Assembly (NCBI GenBank): GCA_045600305.1
Contig: JAZRXQ010000153.1
Coordinates: 1 to 47,706 of the forward strand
Length of the DNA: 47,706 nt
DNA from: Lachnospiraceae bacterium
GTDB taxonomy: Bacteria; Bacillota; Clostridia; Lachnospirales; Lachnospiraceae
Reading direction: 5' to 3'
Part shown: piece by piece, positions 44,464 through 47,706 of the stretch
Layout of the letters: each line of letters opens with the position of its first letter
Numbering within the stretch: position 1 is the first letter of the stretch
Made by a program: the position numbers and the translations under genes
Notes under the pieces: model-generated
What the model was told of the DNA's origin: nothing
The model's input: the letters and a program-made list of their open reading frames with translations, nothing else
Database searches by the model: none

Positions 44464-45384
44464 TTAATCTTTAATTTTAATATAATCATAGGGTGTCTGC
44501 TGATATACGTAGTAATTAAGCCAATTAGAATACAGTATATTAGCGTGACTCCTCCAAGATAACACTGGTTTCTTTGTGTCGTCATCATTTGGATAATAGT
44601 TGACTGGGATTGCAATGTCAAGCCCCTGTCCCTTATCGCGTCTATATTCCTTGTCAAGAGTCATCCTGTCATATTCGGGATGTCCCATAACAAAAATCTT
44701 TTTTCCCAATTTATCAATAGCAAGAAAAACGCCTGCCTCTTCGGACTCTGCGAGAACCGTCAGATCATCAACTGATGCAATATCAGCAAGACTTACCTCT
44801 GTATGTCTAGAATGAGGTGCCATAAATAAATCATCAAAGCCTCGCACAAGAGGAACCTTGCGGTTTAACACTCTGTGCTCATATATACCAAAAACCTTGG
44901 CGTTCATCTGCTTCTTGTCTAATCCATAATAATGATGTAGCCCCGCCTGCGCTCCCCAGCAAATATGAAGAGTACTAGTAACATGCTCCTCGGCCCAGTC
45001 CATTATCTCAACAACCTCATCCCAGTAATCAACCTCTTCAAAGCTCATGTTTTCTACTGGAGCACCCGTAATAATAAGCCCATCAAAATTCTGATCTCTA
45101 ATGTCATCAATTGTAAGATAAAACTTATTAAGATGAGTCTTTGAGGTGTGAGTCGACTCATGGCTCTTTACATTGATAAACGTCACATTTACCTGTAGTG
45201 GCGTGTTAGATAAAGACCTAAGCATCTGAAGCTCATTATCCTCTTTTAGAGGCATCAGATTGAGCATCACTATCTCTATCGGTCTAATGTCCTGATGAGA
45301 AGCCCTATTCTCATCCATTATAAATATGTTTTCATTTTCAAGGATCTCCCTTGCCGGGAGGTCATTTTGCACCTTTAACGGCAT
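44464..45384 (-). CDS. metA: Homoserine O-acyltransferase (MetA family)
   Basis: MPLKVQNDLPAREILENENIFIMDENRASHQDIRPIEIVMLNLMP, ITGAP, HICWGAQAG and GHPEYD motifs. Confidence 0.92.
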   Translation of the reverse strand: MPLKVQNDLPAREILENENIFIMDENRASHQDIRPIEIVMLNLMPLKEDNELQMLRSLSNTPLQVNVTFINVKSHESTHTSKTHLNKFYLTIDDIRDQNFDGLIITGAPVENMSFEEVDYWDEVVEIMDWAEEHVTSTLHICWGAQAGLHHYYGLDKKQMNAKVFGIYEHRVLNRKVPLVRGFDDLFMAPHSRHTEVSLADIASVDDLTVLAESEEAGVFLAIDKLGKKIFVMGHPEYDRMTLDKEYRRDKGQGLDIAIPVNYYPNDDDTKKPVLSWRSHANILYSNWLNYYVYQQTPYDYIKIKD

Positions 45385-45389
45385 AATCC

Positions 45390-47381
45390 CTATTCTCCAA
45401 AAATCATTTTCTTTAACTCATCCTCGTCAATGACAGGAATTCCCAAGGCGTTAGCCTTATCAAGCTTGCTACCCGCTGCCTCACCAGCAAGAAGAAAATC
45501 TGTCTTTTTACTAACAGAGCCTGTACATTTTCCGCCATTTGACTCTATAAGCTGTGCTGCCTCATTTCTAGAAAGACTAGGCAAGGTTCCTGTGATAACA
45601 AAGGTCTTTCCAGCAAGGACATCTGTGGCATTTTCCACAAGCTCACTTGTCATATTTACGCCAAGACTAATAAGGTCAGCTACAATTCTCTTATTCTCAT
45701 CATTAGAGAAAAACTGAATTATACACTTAGCAGTAACTTCACCCACATCATCTATTCCAGTCAGCTCCTCTAGTGAAGAATTAGAAAGTGCCTCTATAGA
45801 GCCAAAATGCTTGATAAGCGATTTACTCTGCGTCTTGCCGACATTTCTAATCGCAAGACCTGTGAGAATCCTATTGGCATCATTGGTCTTTGATGCCTCT
45901 ATCGCCGCGAGAATCTTGTCTGTATTTTTTTCCTTACCAATAACTCCAGACTCAATTAAGGCTTCTCTATGCTCATATAATCTATAGATATCAGACACAT
46001 CCTTAATAAGTCCCATATCTACAAGCTTGTCTACATAAACCTCACCAAAGGACTTGATATCCATGGCATCTCTCGATGCAAAATAAGATATTCTCCTCTT
46101 AAGCTGAGCATCACAGGTAGGATTATCGCAATATATGTCACAGGTATCCTCTTGTCTAAAGAGTCTACCTCCACACGCTGGACATGTAGTAGGAGCCTCA
46201 TAAATATTCTTTGCTTTTTCTGTGACCGAAACGATTGCAGGAATAATCTCTCCCTGCTTTCTGCATATTGCCTTGCACCCAGGTGCAATCCCCATCGAAT
46301 GAATAAAATCTATATTGTGAAGTGTTGCTCTAAGTACATTGGTACCGCAGAGTCTGACGGGATTTTCAAATCTAGCTCTAAAAGTAAGCTTTCCAGTTCT
46401 TCCGACAGCCACCTCAACCTCTTCTATGGTAACCTCTTTTTCTTCTGGAGGATATTTGAAGGCAACATGACCTGCTGAATATTTGCTGCTAGAACCAAAA
46501 TCTCTTCTATAAGCAATCTGGTCAATCTTTACCACAGCTCCATCTATATCATATAGATACTCGCCTCTTTTATCACCTATCGCCCTAATTGCCTCTATAA
46601 CCTCTTTTGCATTCCTGCAATGAAAATGAGGTGTGGTCCTAACGCCAAGCTTCTCTAAGGCATCCATTCCAGCAATATGAGAATCTAAAAAGCTACTATT
46701 CTCCTCCGAAGCATCCTGCACGTTAAAAACAAACATACTAAGACCGCGTTCCTTTGTGACCTTGGGATCAAGCTGTCTTAGAGTGCCAGCTGCAAGATTT
46801 CTAGGGTTTGCGGCTATGTTCTTTCCCATATCCTCTTGCTTTTTATTGTATTTATCAAAGCTAGCGTGCGTCATATAAACCTCGCCCCTAAGCTCGAGAT
46901 AGCCAGCTATATCTATTTCCTTTTTTACATCATCAATCACAAATGCATTGGCTGTCACATCCTCGCCAACCAAGCCATCACCTCTAGTTTCTGCAAGGAT
47001 AAGCTTGCCATCCTGATATCTAAGCGACATTGATAGACCATCTATCTTGTGCTCAACACTAAAGGTCGCATCAGGGTATCTAGCCAGTACCTCATCAACC
47101 CACTTGATTACGTCATCCTCTGTGAATAAATCCTCGATAGAGAGCATCGGCACGTTATGTGTAACAGTTATTCCTGCCTCTCTCTTTGCAACTCCACCAA
47201 TCTTTCTCGTAGGTGAATCAGCCACTACCCAGTCTGGATGAGCCTTTTCAATGCTCTTAAGCCTCTGCATCATAATATCATACTCAAAATCTGAAATTGT
47301 AGGTGCATCATTATTGTAATATGCATCCATATGAGTATTGATTTCTTTTATTAGATTGTCGTACTCTATTCTCTCATCCAT
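45390..47381 (-). CDS. ligA: NAD-dependent DNA ligase
   Basis: KIDG adenylation lysine (VEHKIDGLS), the Zn finger CPACGG...C..C, HhH repeats and a C-terminal BRCT domain (GKTFVITGTL). Confidence 0.96.
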   Translation of the reverse strand: MDERIEYDNLIKEINTHMDAYYNNDAPTISDFEYDIMMQRLKSIEKAHPDWVVADSPTRKIGGVAKREAGITVTHNVPMLSIEDLFTEDDVIKWVDEVLARYPDATFSVEHKIDGLSMSLRYQDGKLILAETRGDGLVGEDVTANAFVIDDVKKEIDIAGYLELRGEVYMTHASFDKYNKKQEDMGKNIAANPRNLAAGTLRQLDPKVTKERGLSMFVFNVQDASEENSSFLDSHIAGMDALEKLGVRTTPHFHCRNAKEVIEAIRAIGDKRGEYLYDIDGAVVKIDQIAYRRDFGSSSKYSAGHVAFKYPPEEKEVTIEEVEVAVGRTGKLTFRARFENPVRLCGTNVLRATLHNIDFIHSMGIAPGCKAICRKQGEIIPAIVSVTEKAKNIYEAPTTCPACGGRLFRQEDTCDIYCDNPTCDAQLKRRISYFASRDAMDIKSFGEVYVDKLVDMGLIKDVSDIYRLYEHREALIESGVIGKEKNTDKILAAIEASKTNDANRILTGLAIRNVGKTQSKSLIKHFGSIEALSNSSLEELTGIDDVGEVTAKCIIQFFSNDENKRIVADLISLGVNMTSELVENATDVLAGKTFVITGTLPSLSRNEAAQLIESNGGKCTGSVSKKTDFLLAGEAAGSKLDKANALGIPVIDEDELKKMIFGE

Positions 47382-47706
47382 TGCTATAAATACTCTTTTT
47401 TAATAACTCCACCTCAGCCTTAGAAAGTTGTCTGTATTGACCAACAGCAAGCTTTCCCAAAGTAATATTTACAATCCTTACCCTGTGAAGTGTTCTAACT
47501 CTATAGCCCAAGGTCTCACACATTCGTCTTATCTGTCTATTAAGTCCCTGAGTCAAAACAATATTAAAGCTCTTGTCAGATGTCTTATTTACCTTGCAGG
47601 GACGCGTCCTCGTGTCAAGAATCTCAACTCCACTAGACATAGCTTTTATAAAATCACCTGTTATACTCTTATCAACTGTGACCTCATATTCCTTCTCGTG
47701 ATAATT
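47374..47706 (-). CDS. Pseudouridine synthase of the RsuA/RluF family, 3' part only; the 5' end lies beyond the right window edge
   Basis: The frame is open to the window edge (NYHEKEYEVTVDKSITGDFIKAMSSGVEILD...). LTQGLNRQIRRMCETLGYRVRTLHRVRI is the family C-terminal signature. It has an 8-nt overlap with ligA. Confidence 0.8.
   Translation of the reverse strand, partial: NYHEKEYEVTVDKSITGDFIKAMSSGVEILDTRTRPCKVNKTSDKSFNIVLTQGLNRQIRRMCETLGYRVRTLHRVRIVNITLGKLAVGQYRQLSKAEVELLKKSIYSNG

Overview
This AT-rich window looks Firmicutes/Clostridia-like, probably Lachnospiraceae-type, and is almost entirely housekeeping. About 50 genes lie on the minus strand and only one on the plus strand, a Xer-like recombinase. 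From right to left on the minus strand it contains: a partial rluF-like gene, ligA-metA, a SEC-C protein and lgt; a compact dcw cluster (mraZ-rsmH-ftsL-PBP-mraY-murD-ftsW-ftsQ-ftsZ); a long flagellar/chemotaxis operon (motAB-fliLMY-fliOPQR-flhBAFG-PilZ-cheBAWCD-fliA); four poorly characterised genes including a FapA/DUF342 protein; then rpsB-tsf, a metallophosphoesterase, scpAB and rlmH. The accessory part is the left 4 kb. Two ~350-bp direct repeats, each carrying a DUF1653 gene plus the 5' end of a sugar acetyltransferase gene, bracket a ~3-kb module. That module encodes a Cthe_2159-like lipoprotein, an EamA transporter with a chimeric start, and a 766-nt ORF-free, GC-enriched, heavily hairpinned segment closed by a 17-nt helix. 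I read that segment as a large structured ncRNA that I cannot assign to any family I know, and it is the main candidate for something new. Secondary observations are three tandem ~66-bp hairpin units with two mini-ORFs upstream of lgt, an MraZ-box array at the mraZ promoter, a structured rpsB leader and a ~60-aa insertion in EF-Ts. All calls rest on reading the sequence and ORF translations by eye; no database search was run.
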